This document shows, in pieces, positions 56,250-64,000 of a stretch of DNA of 64,000 bases (position 1 is its first letter; each line of letters starts with the position of its first letter). This DNA comes from an uncultured Gammaproteobacteria bacterium. GTDB taxonomy: Bacteria; Patescibacteriota; Microgenomatia; UBA8517. Under the pieces are notes generated by a model. That model was not told the origin of the DNA, did not search any database, and worked only from the letters and a program-made list of their open reading frames with translations. The stretch lies in contig CAYRUS010000001.1 in the NCBI GenBank assembly GCA_964427735.1, positions 356,747 through 420,746 of the forward strand, written 5' to 3'. The translations under genes were made by a program, and so were the position numbers.

Positions 56250-57174
56250 TATTTAAATCAGCAACAGGAAAATTCTGCAGGATCTCAGAGGCAGCATGAG
56301 CTGCTACCTCTCGATCAATAGACAATTCGATATGAGGGTAATCTACTTTAACTACCTCTCCGATACTATCAAATTTTTTAAGGTCGCTCTCTCTAGCCAA
56401 AAATACATGTATGGTTTTATGTTTGGCATACTCCTGAGTTAACTCAGTTAGCTTTCCATCAAAAATAATATCTCCATTATTTATGATTATTACTCTCTTT
56501 GCCAAATTAACCACATCATCCATATCATGGGAAGTTAGCATAATTGTTGCGCCATAGCGTCTGTTGTAGTCATAAATAAAATCCCGCATTTTACCCTGAG
56601 CTACTACGTCAAGACCTATGGTAGGTTCGTCTAAAAATAATACTTTCGGTCCATGCACAAGTGCAGCCACCAATTCCATCCGCATCCGTTGTCCTAGAGA
56701 CAATTTACGAACCTGTTTGCCTAATAAATCTTTGACTTCCAACAAATCCACCAAACTATTAAGCATTTCCTTATATTTTTTATCAGGAATTTCGTAAATA
56801 GCCTTATTTAACTCAAAAGTGTCAACTGCTGGGAGATCCCACCAAAGCTGATTTTTCTGCCCCATTATTAAAGATATTTTTTTGAGATACTCCTTTTGGC
56901 GATGCCATGGATCAAATCCTAATACTTGCACAAATCCAGAAGTAGGATATAAAAGCCCGGAAAGGATTTTCATAGTTGTTGTCTTTCCTGCTCCGTTTGG
57001 TCCTATAAAACCTACTAATTCTCCGCTTTCTATACTAAAAGAAATTTTCTTAAGAGCTTTAATGTTTTTAATCTCAGGAGAGATTAGTCCCTTAATGCTA
57101 GGTATTAGACCTGCTTTTTTTTCTTTTGATTGAAAAGTCTTTGAAAGTCCGTCTACAACAATCGCACTATCCAT
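56194..57174 (-). CDS. ABC transporter ATP-binding protein
   Basis: Walker A GPNGAGKTT. Q-loop. Signature LSLGQRMRMEL. Walker B LFLDEPTIGLD. H-loop. Confidence 0.85.
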   Translation of the reverse strand: MDSAIVVDGLSKTFQSKEKKAGLIPSIKGLISPEIKNIKALKKISFSIESGELVGFIGPNGAGKTTTMKILSGLLYPTSGFVQVLGFDPWHRQKEYLKKISLIMGQKNQLWWDLPAVDTFELNKAIYEIPDKKYKEMLNSLVDLLEVKDLLGKQVRKLSLGQRMRMELVAALVHGPKVLFLDEPTIGLDVVAQGKMRDFIYDYNRRYGATIMLTSHDMDDVVNLAKRVIIINNGDIIFDGKLTELTQEYAKHKTIHVFLARESDLKKFDSIGEVVKVDYPHIELSIDREVAAHAASEILQNFPVADLNIEEEPLEDIIKRIFQGEK

Positions 57175-57190
57175 AAAGATATTATAGCAA

Positions 57191-57466
57191 TCACTTGCTA
57201 ACTTTTCTCTTTAGTGCTTCTCCAGCTGTAAATCTTGGGGATCTGTAAGGCTTAATTGTTACGTATTTATCGGTATTCGGGATTTTTACTGTTTTACCAG
57301 ACATTGGTTTTGACCTAAATGTACCAAAACCATGGATTGTGACTTTTTCTCCTTTTGCCAATGCTCTACCGATTTCTTCTAAAAATACATTTACGGATTC
57401 TTCTGCTGCTTTTTTTGTAAGATGTGCTTTCTTGGCAACTATATTTATTAAGTCACGCTTTGTCAT
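57191..57466 (-). CDS. hup: DNA-binding protein HU
   Basis: 91 aa. Full-length match to the HU/IHF fold, including the GFGTF...R.P.TG arm. Confidence 0.9.
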   Translation of the reverse strand: MTKRDLINIVAKKAHLTKKAAEESVNVFLEEIGRALAKGEKVTIHGFGTFRSKPMSGKTVKIPNTDKYVTIKPYRSPRFTAGEALKRKVSK

Positions 57467-57571
57467 TTCGAAATAAGAATAATGTAAAGACTCAATAAAG
57501 TCAAGTTTTAGGACAAATTGTTTTCTTTGACATATAAACCAACTATTTTAGAAGATTTTTAGACCTACAAA

Positions 57572-58843
57572 TTAGTGAGCTTTAGTATACCCTTCAGCTC
57601 TTGTCTCTCGTATTGCTGTTACTTTAATTTGCCCTGCATATTCTGCTTCTTTTTCAAGACGCTTTGCTATATTTCTTGCAAGAATTGTTAACTCATCATC
57701 TGTTATTTCATCAGGTTTTACTATAACTCTTACATCACGCCCTGCCTGAAATGCATAAACTGTTTCTACACCATTAAAACTTCCTGCTATTTCCTCGATT
57801 TTCTCCATTCTCTTCACATAGCCCTCATGTGGTTCATACCTTGCACCTGGTCTTGAACCAGAAATAGCATCAGATATCCAAACGATGACTGACTCAAGAG
57901 AAGAAAAAGGTTTATCTTCGTGATGCTCTGCTACCGCATTAATAACTTCTCTTGGAAATCCATGTTTTTTAAGTACTGAGACACCCACTTCAACATGTGT
58001 ACCTTCCTCATCTGTTACAACTTTTCCAATATCATGCAATAAACAGCCAAGTCTCACTGTCTCAACATCTGCACCAACCTCATTTGCTATTGCCACTCCC
58101 ATTTTTGTTTCTTCTATTGTGTGAACTGCTAAGTTTTGTCCATAGGAAGTTCTAAATTTAAAACGCCCTAACAACTTCAAAATTTCTGTTGGTAAATTAT
58201 AAACTTTAACTTCTTCAGCAATTTTTTTGCCTTCTTCCAGTAGAACATCATCCATTTTTTTGCGTGTTTCAGCTACGACCTCTTCTATTCTTGAAGGCTG
58301 AATTCTACGATCATTTATTAAAGTTTCCAAAGCTCTTCTAGCAATTTCTCGTCTGACAGAGTCAAAGGAAGACAAACGTATCTCGTTACTCTCATCAATT
58401 TCCAACTCTACACCAGTTTCCTTTTCAAAAGTTCTAATATTTTTACCTTCACGACCAATTATCCTTCCTTTTACGTCTTCGTTTGGAACTTCTACTGTAG
58501 ATATTGTAAATTCAGCAACATAATCTGTTGCGCCATGCCTCATTGCATCCACCAAAATTTCTCGTGCTTTATCTTTTGCTTCTTGTTGGACTCTTTCTTG
58601 TGCTGCTCTAATTTTTCGAGCAACTTCTCCTTTTATGTCTTTTTCAACCTCATCTAATAAAATCTTCTTTGCCTCATCAGATGTCATGTTGGATACCTTT
58701 TCCAAACGATCCTTGAGTTCTTCTGATCGGTTTTTGAGTTCTTCTTCCTTTTTATCTAGCTTTTCTTTTTCTTTTCTTAAATCTTCCACTAATACTTTCA
58801 GTTCATCTGCACCAATTTTTTGTTTATCGTTATTTGTTGACAT
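57572..58843 (-). CDS. rny: ribonuclease Y (KH + HD domains; no N-terminal TM helix)
   Basis: Coiled-coil N-terminus. KH domain (IIGREGKNIR). HD motif LLHDIGKV. 423 aa, shorter than canonical RNase Y. Confidence 0.85.
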   Translation of the reverse strand: MSTNNDKQKIGADELKVLVEDLRKEKEKLDKKEEELKNRSEELKDRLEKVSNMTSDEAKKILLDEVEKDIKGEVARKIRAAQERVQQEAKDKAREILVDAMRHGATDYVAEFTISTVEVPNEDVKGRIIGREGKNIRTFEKETGVELEIDESNEIRLSSFDSVRREIARRALETLINDRRIQPSRIEEVVAETRKKMDDVLLEEGKKIAEEVKVYNLPTEILKLLGRFKFRTSYGQNLAVHTIEETKMGVAIANEVGADVETVRLGCLLHDIGKVVTDEEGTHVEVGVSVLKKHGFPREVINAVAEHHEDKPFSSLESVIVWISDAISGSRPGARYEPHEGYVKRMEKIEEIAGSFNGVETVYAFQAGRDVRVIVKPDEITDDELTILARNIAKRLEKEAEYAGQIKVTAIRETRAEGYTKAH

Positions 58844-59025
58844 GGGCTTAATTAATTTAGGAGATAATAGAGAAAATAGCTATCCCTCTGATCAGATTAT
58901 CAGAAGTCTTCTAGAAGGAAATGTGAATTGAATTTCCATATTTTCCCTAATCTCTGGCTTTATGATACAAGTTAAAATAAAAAATAGCAAGAATTCAAGA
59001 ATTAATGATATAAAACATATAAATA

Positions 59026-59649
59026 TTATGTTTTTCTTTGGTACTTCTCAACTGCTTTTTTTATTACTTCCCAACTAAAGCCTTTTCTTGCCAAATATTC
59101 ATACATTTTTTGTTGTGTTTTGTCCTTTTCAAATCGTTTCCATCTACTTTCTCTTTTTTTTAATAAATCTAAGGCAATTTTATCTTCATCAACACTTACA
59201 TCTTCTAAGGTTTTTTTAATTAATTTTCTATCAATTCCTTTTTTTAACAGCTCAGAATACAGCTGTTTTTCACTTCGCGGACGAAAAGTGTTTCTTTGAT
59301 CTATCCACCATTTTGCAAATTTTATATCATCAACTAATTCCAACCGCTTTAGTCTATTAAAGAGTTTTTTAAATAAACTTGAATGTACTTTTTTTCGACT
59401 TAACCAGTCATTAATTTCTTTTGCTGAACGGGGACGGACCATCGCAAATTTTATAAGTTTTTCATAAGTTTTTGCAAATTCTGCTCTCCCAATTATCTCT
59501 TCAATTTCTTTTTCTGAATATTCACTTCCGACTTTTAAATTAAGTTTTACAAAATTTTCTAAGTCAATTCCAAAACCAAATTTATCATCAAGATAGATAT
59601 TTACACGGTTTTTATCCTTTTGTTGTTTTATTTTTGTAATCACTGGCAT
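59026..59649 (-). CDS. recX: RecA regulator RecX
   Basis: Three-helical-repeat RecX-like sequence. Located directly downstream of recA. Confidence 0.7.
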   Translation of the reverse strand: MPVITKIKQQKDKNRVNIYLDDKFGFGIDLENFVKLNLKVGSEYSEKEIEEIIGRAEFAKTYEKLIKFAMVRPRSAKEINDWLSRKKVHSSLFKKLFNRLKRLELVDDIKFAKWWIDQRNTFRPRSEKQLYSELLKKGIDRKLIKKTLEDVSVDEDKIALDLLKKRESRWKRFEKDKTQQKMYEYLARKGFSWEVIKKAVEKYQRKT

Positions 59650-59709
59650 AAATGAAGTCTAACAAAAATTCGCATAAACTATTACTTGTAGAATTCTTAG
59701 GGAGAATAA

Positions 59710-60852
59710 TCACTCTCCATCAACATCGCCAATTTCTTTGGGGATTTTCTTTCCATCTTTAAGTGATTTTCTAATTTCTTCTTCAATTTTCTTTGCTAGC
59801 TTATCATCTGTCTTAAGAGCTTCTTTAGAAGCTTCACGACCTTGTGCGATCACATCCCCATTGTAGCTGTAAAAAGATCCTCTCTTTTCCACAATTCCAA
59901 GCTCAGTTCCTACATCAATAAGTCCTCCCATCTTGGAAATCCCCTCTCCTGCCATAATATCTATTTCAGCCACATGAAGTGGCGGGGCTACTTTGTTTTT
60001 AACCACGCGAATTCTGTGTCGCGAACCTATTGCCTTGTCTCCATCTTTAAGTACTTCAATACGCCTTACGTCAAGTCTCACAGAACAATAAAACTTAAGT
60101 GCTAAACCACCGGGAGTAGTCTCGGGATTACCAAACATCACTCCGATTTTTTGTCTCAACTGATTAGTGAAGATAAGAATTGTTTTTGACTTAGAAATAG
60201 CACCTGTTAATTTTCTTAGTGCCTGGCTCATAAGCCTTGCCTGTAAACCAATTACAGCATCACCCATTTCACCTTCTAATTCGGCTCTTGGCACTAAAGC
60301 TGCTACTGAGTCAACAACAATCACATCAAGAGCACCTGAACGCACCAAAGTTTCTGTAATCTCTAATGCCTGCTCTCCTGTATCTGGCTGAGATAAAAGA
60401 AGATCATCCAAGTTTACTCCAATGGTTTCTGCCCAAACAGGATCAAGAGCATGTTCAGCATCAACAAAAGCAGCTTGTCCTCCTGCTTTTTGTGCTTCTG
60501 CAACTACAGAGAGTGCTATTGTTGTTTTTCCTGAGGCTTCAGGTCCGTACATCTCAACAATTCTTCCTCGAGGAAGTCCACCAACTCCCAAAGCCAAATC
60601 AAGAGCGATAGCACCAGTTGAGATAGTTTCTACACCAACTCCACCTTTTGTTTTCTCTCCAAGTCTCATAATAGAGCCTTTGCCGTATTGCTTTTCAATT
60701 TGATCCATAGCAATTTTTATAGCTTGAAGTTTTTGAGAAGCATTAGTGTCTTTACTTTCTGCCTTACCAGTAGAAGAGTCATTATCTTTTTGAGATTTTT
60801 TCTTTCTAGGCATCTTAGGTTTACTTTTAACATAGTCCTGTAATAAATACAA
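59710..60852 (-). CDS. recA: recombinase RecA
   Basis: Walker [11 protein letters not shown]1/L2 loops. Full RecA core. Acidic C-terminal tail. Confidence 0.95.
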   Translation of the reverse strand: MYLLQDYVKSKPKMPRKKKSQKDNDSSTGKAESKDTNASQKLQAIKIAMDQIEKQYGKGSIMRLGEKTKGGVGVETISTGAIALDLALGVGGLPRGRIVEMYGPEASGKTTIALSVVAEAQKAGGQAAFVDAEHALDPVWAETIGVNLDDLLLSQPDTGEQALEITETLVRSGALDVIVVDSVAALVPRAELEGEMGDAVIGLQARLMSQALRKLTGAISKSKTILIFTNQLRQKIGVMFGNPETTPGGLALKFYCSVRLDVRRIEVLKDGDKAIGSRHRIRVVKNKVAPPLHVAEIDIMAGEGISKMGGLIDVGTELGIVEKRGSFYSYNGDVIAQGREASKEALKTDDKLAKKIEEEIRKSLKDGKKIPKEIGDVDGE

Positions 60853-60951
60853 GACTAATTAACTGTTTAATTGTTGCACGAATAAAACCCGAAGTCAACA
60901 CTGAATCTAGTTAAACCAACAATTTGGGTTAAATTATCTAAAGTTAAACCA

Positions 60952-62073
60952 CTACTTCTTGCTCAAAAAATAAGCAGCCAGATAAGTAGAGATCGGAACT
61001 GCAAAAATTAAAGCAGAGCTGCCAACCAAAGTTCTCACTATCTCTTCAGCAATAAACTCTGAATTGATTGTTACCCAAAATGGTAAGTTCTGATTAATAC
61101 TAAACAGCAAAAATAGCGGCATAGAAGCACCTGCATAAGCTAAAACAAGTGTATTTACCAAGGAAGCAATATGCTCTGTTCCTACACTAACTCCTCTATT
61201 ATAAAGACTTTTTATTTTTAACTTAGGGTTAGCCTTTCTTATTTCATCCACAGCTGCCACCTGGCTTGTTGTAATATCGTCGAGTACTCCTAAAACTCCA
61301 ATTATTATTCCACCCAACAAAAGTCCACGCATATTTATACTTTCAAAAGGTCCAAACTGCAAAAATGCAGCTTCCTCTGTACCATAACCTGTCAAGTTAG
61401 ACATATATACAAAAAGAAAAGATAAACCTGTTGCAATTACTAAAGTTATTAATGTTGCTGCAAGAGCTATAGAGGTTCTTTTAGAAAAACCATGAGCTAC
61501 ATACAAAGAAACAATCGCAATGACAAATGCTCCAAAAAGACTGACGAAAACAGGGTTAGATCCTTGTGCGATTTGAGGAACTATAAAAAGAGCTAAAATT
61601 AGAATACTAAAAACAAGCCCGAGTAGTGATGATGCCCCTTTAATACCAGCAAACAAAACTGCTGTGAAGAAAAATAATCCCAAAATTATAGCTAGTGAAT
61701 TAATTCTGTATCGATCGGTAACAAAAAAATTTTCTCCTGCAAGTGTAGAAGACATTACCACCACTATTGTTTCACCCGCACGAAGTTCCTCACCTTGAGC
61801 AAAACCGGTAAATTGTGCTTCAATCTCTTCACCTTTTCTTGAACCATTTTGAAGTCTTACGGATACAGTCTGCGGCTCTGCTTCTTCAAGATTTACTGCT
61901 TCAACTATTCTTGTCTCCAAAACTTCAGCTCGGTAGTACTCTTCAGAATAATTATCAACTTGAGCATCAATGCTACTTACTGATAGCACAAAAAAAGCAA
62001 TTATTAAATTAAGAATAAAAAATGGTTTATTCATTAAGTTAAGATATAATACAATATGCATAATGGCAAACAT
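60952..62073 (-). CDS. YibE/F-family integral membrane protein (true start possibly MNKPFF at 62034)
   Basis: N-terminal signal-like helix, soluble domain, then six TM with a GVLDDITTSQVAAV-type segment. Confidence 0.55.
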   Translation of the reverse strand: MFAIMHIVLYLNLMNKPFFILNLIIAFFVLSVSSIDAQVDNYSEEYYRAEVLETRIVEAVNLEEAEPQTVSVRLQNGSRKGEEIEAQFTGFAQGEELRAGETIVVVMSSTLAGENFFVTDRYRINSLAIILGLFFFTAVLFAGIKGASSLLGLVFSILILALFIVPQIAQGSNPVFVSLFGAFVIAIVSLYVAHGFSKRTSIALAATLITLVIATGLSFLFVYMSNLTGYGTEEAAFLQFGPFESINMRGLLLGGIIIGVLGVLDDITTSQVAAVDEIRKANPKLKIKSLYNRGVSVGTEHIASLVNTLVLAYAGASMPLFLLFSINQNLPFWVTINSEFIAEEIVRTLVGSSALIFAVPISTYLAAYFLSKK

Positions 62074-62695
62074 TCTAGTTTTCGGTGACAGTATTACTTA
62101 TGGAAGTTGGGATTTAGAAGGAGGTTGGGTAGATAGACTTAAACATTCCTTGTTAGGAAAAAGTTTAGACTCAAAATTTGAAGAATACTTCGAAGTATAT
62201 AACTTGGGCGTTCCTGGTGACACAACTTCCGATTTACTTTTACGGTTTAATCGTGAAGCAAAGTCGCGTTTTGGAAATAAAGATAAAACAGTTGTTTTGT
62301 TCCAAGTAGGAGTAAACGATTCTACAGTACTTAGCAGCAGTAGCAGAAAAGTAAGCCAAAAAGAATTTGAGAAAAATTTAACTACATTAATAAAGGAAGG
62401 CAAAAATTATGCATACTTTATAATGTTTATCGGTCTTACTCCTGTAATAGATGAGCAAGTTTCACCTATTCCATGGAGTCCAAATGAAAGTTATATTGAT
62501 TCTGAGATTAAAAGTTATGATACCATAATTAGAAAAGTATCCAATAAAACTGGGGTAGAATATCTTGATTTATTCGATGAAATAAGTAGGGAAGAGTATA
62601 AGAACTATCTAGAAGATGGGGTGCACCCAAATTCAGAAGGCCACAGAATCATTTTTGAAACTGTAAAGGAAAATCTATTACGCCATCTCTTATAA
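62063..62695 (+). CDS. SGNH/GDSL-family hydrolase (start moved to MANILVFGDS)
   Basis: Block I GDSITYG, block III GVND, block V DGVHPNSEGH. The track's upstream extension overlaps the divergent YibE/F gene. Confidence 0.7.
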   Translation: MANILVFGDSITYGSWDLEGGWVDRLKHSLLGKSLDSKFEEYFEVYNLGVPGDTTSDLLLRFNREAKSRFGNKDKTVVLFQVGVNDSTVLSSSSRKVSQKEFEKNLTTLIKEGKNYAYFIMFIGLTPVIDEQVSPIPWSPNESYIDSEIKSYDTIIRKVSNKTGVEYLDLFDEISREEYKNYLEDGVHPNSEGHRIIFETVKENLLRHLL

Positions 62696-62709
62696 GTTAA
62701 GCAAGTTTT

Positions 62710-63225
62710 TTATCTCCGTTTCCTTCTTCTTTTATTAGCTTTCCGTTTTTTCCTTCTAAAAGCATCCTGTTCTGTATCTAACCATTCTCCTGCTACTCTT
62801 ATTTCATGTTCAATTTTCTCACTTAAATCTGTATTAATATTAGTCAAGAATAACTCACCTAATTCTATAACCTTTTCAAACGATTGGTTATAATTTTTTA
62901 GACGCTTATTGCGTCCATCTATACCCTTCCTGTTTTCCCTTCTCATTGAATACAAGAAACATAAACCCACATTTGAGACACCGTTTTTACTACCTTCAGA
63001 CTGGTAGCCTGTTGCTGAAAGTAAATATAACACCATCGCATCTTGATGACTTTCAATTTCATCTAGTTTTTTTGCTATCTCGCATTGAGAATAAGGATTT
63101 TGATGTACTTTTTTTTGAGAAAGCTCTAATAACTTACTCCGTATTATATTCGAATCTTTATATACAGTACAGGATCTTAGATCCCATTTAACTGCTTCTT
63201 TAAAAATAGACTTGAATATCTCCAT
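62710..63225 (-). CDS. hypothetical protein with poly-basic C-terminus
   Basis: ORF ending RRKKRKANKRRRKRR. 14 nt downstream of tRNA-Pro. Confidence 0.35.
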   Translation of the reverse strand: MEIFKSIFKEAVKWDLRSCTVYKDSNIIRSKLLELSQKKVHQNPYSQCEIAKKLDEIESHQDAMVLYLLSATGYQSEGSKNGVSNVGLCFLYSMRRENRKGIDGRNKRLKNYNQSFEKVIELGELFLTNINTDLSEKIEHEIRVAGEWLDTEQDAFRRKKRKANKRRRKRR

Positions 63226-63244
63226 TTGTAAGTATCTTCTTGGG

Positions 63245-63315
63245 TCGGGGTACCAGGAATCGAACCTGGACCAGACGGCCCCCAGCCGCCTATTCTGCCA
63301 CTAAACTATACCCCG
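63245..63315 (-). tRNA. tRNA-Pro (anticodon GGG)
   Basis: Minus strand: CGGGGUA UA GUUU AGUGGCA GAAU A GGCGG CUGGGGG CCGUC UGGU CCAGG UUCGAUU CCUGG UACCCCG A. Cloverleaf with U33, anticodon GGG, G37, T-loop UUCGAUU, discriminator A. 3' CCA not encoded (CCC follows). Confidence 0.85.
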
Positions 63316-63375
63316 TATTCCTATATTTTACCAAACCTAAATATTTAACGGAAATTATTTGCTCAGCAAACAAAA

Positions 63376-64000
63376 CTAAAATAATTTTTGGCCTTGATTA
63401 GGCATTTTTAGACCTAAATGCTTATATGCATTTTCTGTTACTACTCTACCTTTTGGAGTTCTCTTAAGCATTCCCACACGCATTAAAAAGGGTTCATAAA
63501 CTTCTTCTATAGTTGCTGAATCCTCCGCAATCGAAGCTGATAAAGTAGATAGCCCAACAGGTCCACCTGCGTGTTTTTCTATCATTACTGTTAGTACCAT
63601 CCTATCATTGGCATCCAGTCCAAGTTCATCTACTCCTAGCATAGATAGGGCTTCATCCACAGCTTTTTTATTTATCACACTAAGATTGCTGACTTGTGAG
63701 TAATCCCTCACTCTTTTAAGAAGCTTCAGTGCGATTCTTGCAGTTTTCCTTGATCTTGCTGCTAGCATTTTTGCTGCAGTATCATCAATTTCAACTTCCA
63801 ATTTTTTTGATGCCGATTTGATAATATCAGCCAACTCATTATCTTCATAAAAATCCATCCTGTGAATAACACCAAAACGATCTCTTAAAGGTGATGATAT
63901 CTTTCCTATTTGTGTAGTTGCACCAATAATTGTAAATGGAGCTAAATCCAATCTTACAGTTCGAGCCCCTGGCCCCTTTCCTAATATCACATCTAGACGT
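63376..64000 (-). CDS. ruvB: Holliday junction helicase RuvB (3' portion; gene runs off the window edge)
   Basis: ...DVILGKGPGARTVRLDLAPFTIIGATT (sensor 2 region) and the winged-helix C-terminal domain. The frame stays open to position 64000. Confidence 0.85.
   Translation of the reverse strand, partial: RLDVILGKGPGARTVRLDLAPFTIIGATTQIGKISSPLRDRFGVIHRMDFYEDNELADIIKSASKKLEVEIDDTAAKMLAARSRKTARIALKLLKRVRDYSQVSNLSVINKKAVDEALSMLGVDELGLDANDRMVLTVMIEKHAGGPVGLSTLSASIAEDSATIEEVYEPFLMRVGMLKRTPKGRVVTENAYKHLGLKMPNQGQKLF

Noticed and set aside
61970-62062. Upstream 31-codon extension of the SGNH hydrolase ORF
   Set aside because: Overlaps the divergent YibE/F gene. The conserved GDSL block begins right after the internal MANILVFGDS start.
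1-64000. CRISPR arrays, transposases, integrases, restriction-modification or other defence/toxin-antitoxin operons
   Set aside because: I scanned intergenic regions and ORF translations for short regularly spaced repeats, DDE/tyrosine-recombinase motifs, HEPN/PIN/Abi signatures and found none. The only repeat detected is the diverged 52-nt gene-end duplication described in the findings.

Overview
The window is an AT-rich, gene-dense chromosomal segment (about 90% coding, most genes on the minus strand). Most of it is housekeeping. Recognisable genes include a class A penicillin-binding protein (PBP), typA/bipA, gltX, aspS, a RelA/SpoT homologue, recJ, cca, secDF, dtd, yifB/comM, miaA, hup, rny, recX-recA and the 3' part of ruvB. 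A DD-carboxypeptidase, an L,D-transpeptidase, an OmpR-type response regulator, a histidine kinase with a receiver partner and an ABC exporter are also present. There is a large type IV pilus (T4P) locus: pilB, pilC, a pilM-pilN fusion, a major pilin and a divergently oriented minor-pilin module. Two RNA genes sit in ORF-free space. A type A RNase P RNA (rnpB) lies at 49977-50358 on the minus strand, beneath spurious ORF calls. A tRNA-Pro(GGG) lies at 63245-63315 on the minus strand. The many compact protein versions suggest an uncultivated small-genome bacterium, possibly of the Candidate Phyla Radiation (CPR/Patescibacteria). This is inference only. I found no CRISPR array, transposase, integrase or recognisable defence or toxin-antitoxin operon. 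The second-look items are as follows. There is a diverged ~75-bp direct repeat / 3' gene remnant bracketing a two-gene cassette that includes nrdR. There is an unlisted 46-aa zinc-ribbon ORF. There is a probable homopolymer frameshift that splits one gene. A polyprenyl synthase is paired with a UbiA-family prenyltransferase. A dockerin mini-protein sits next to an O-antigen-ligase-like gene near the pilin. A very acidic 67-aa protein is also present. A GC-rich hairpin lies in an unusually long non-coding stretch. All numeric statements are by-eye estimates; no database searches were run.
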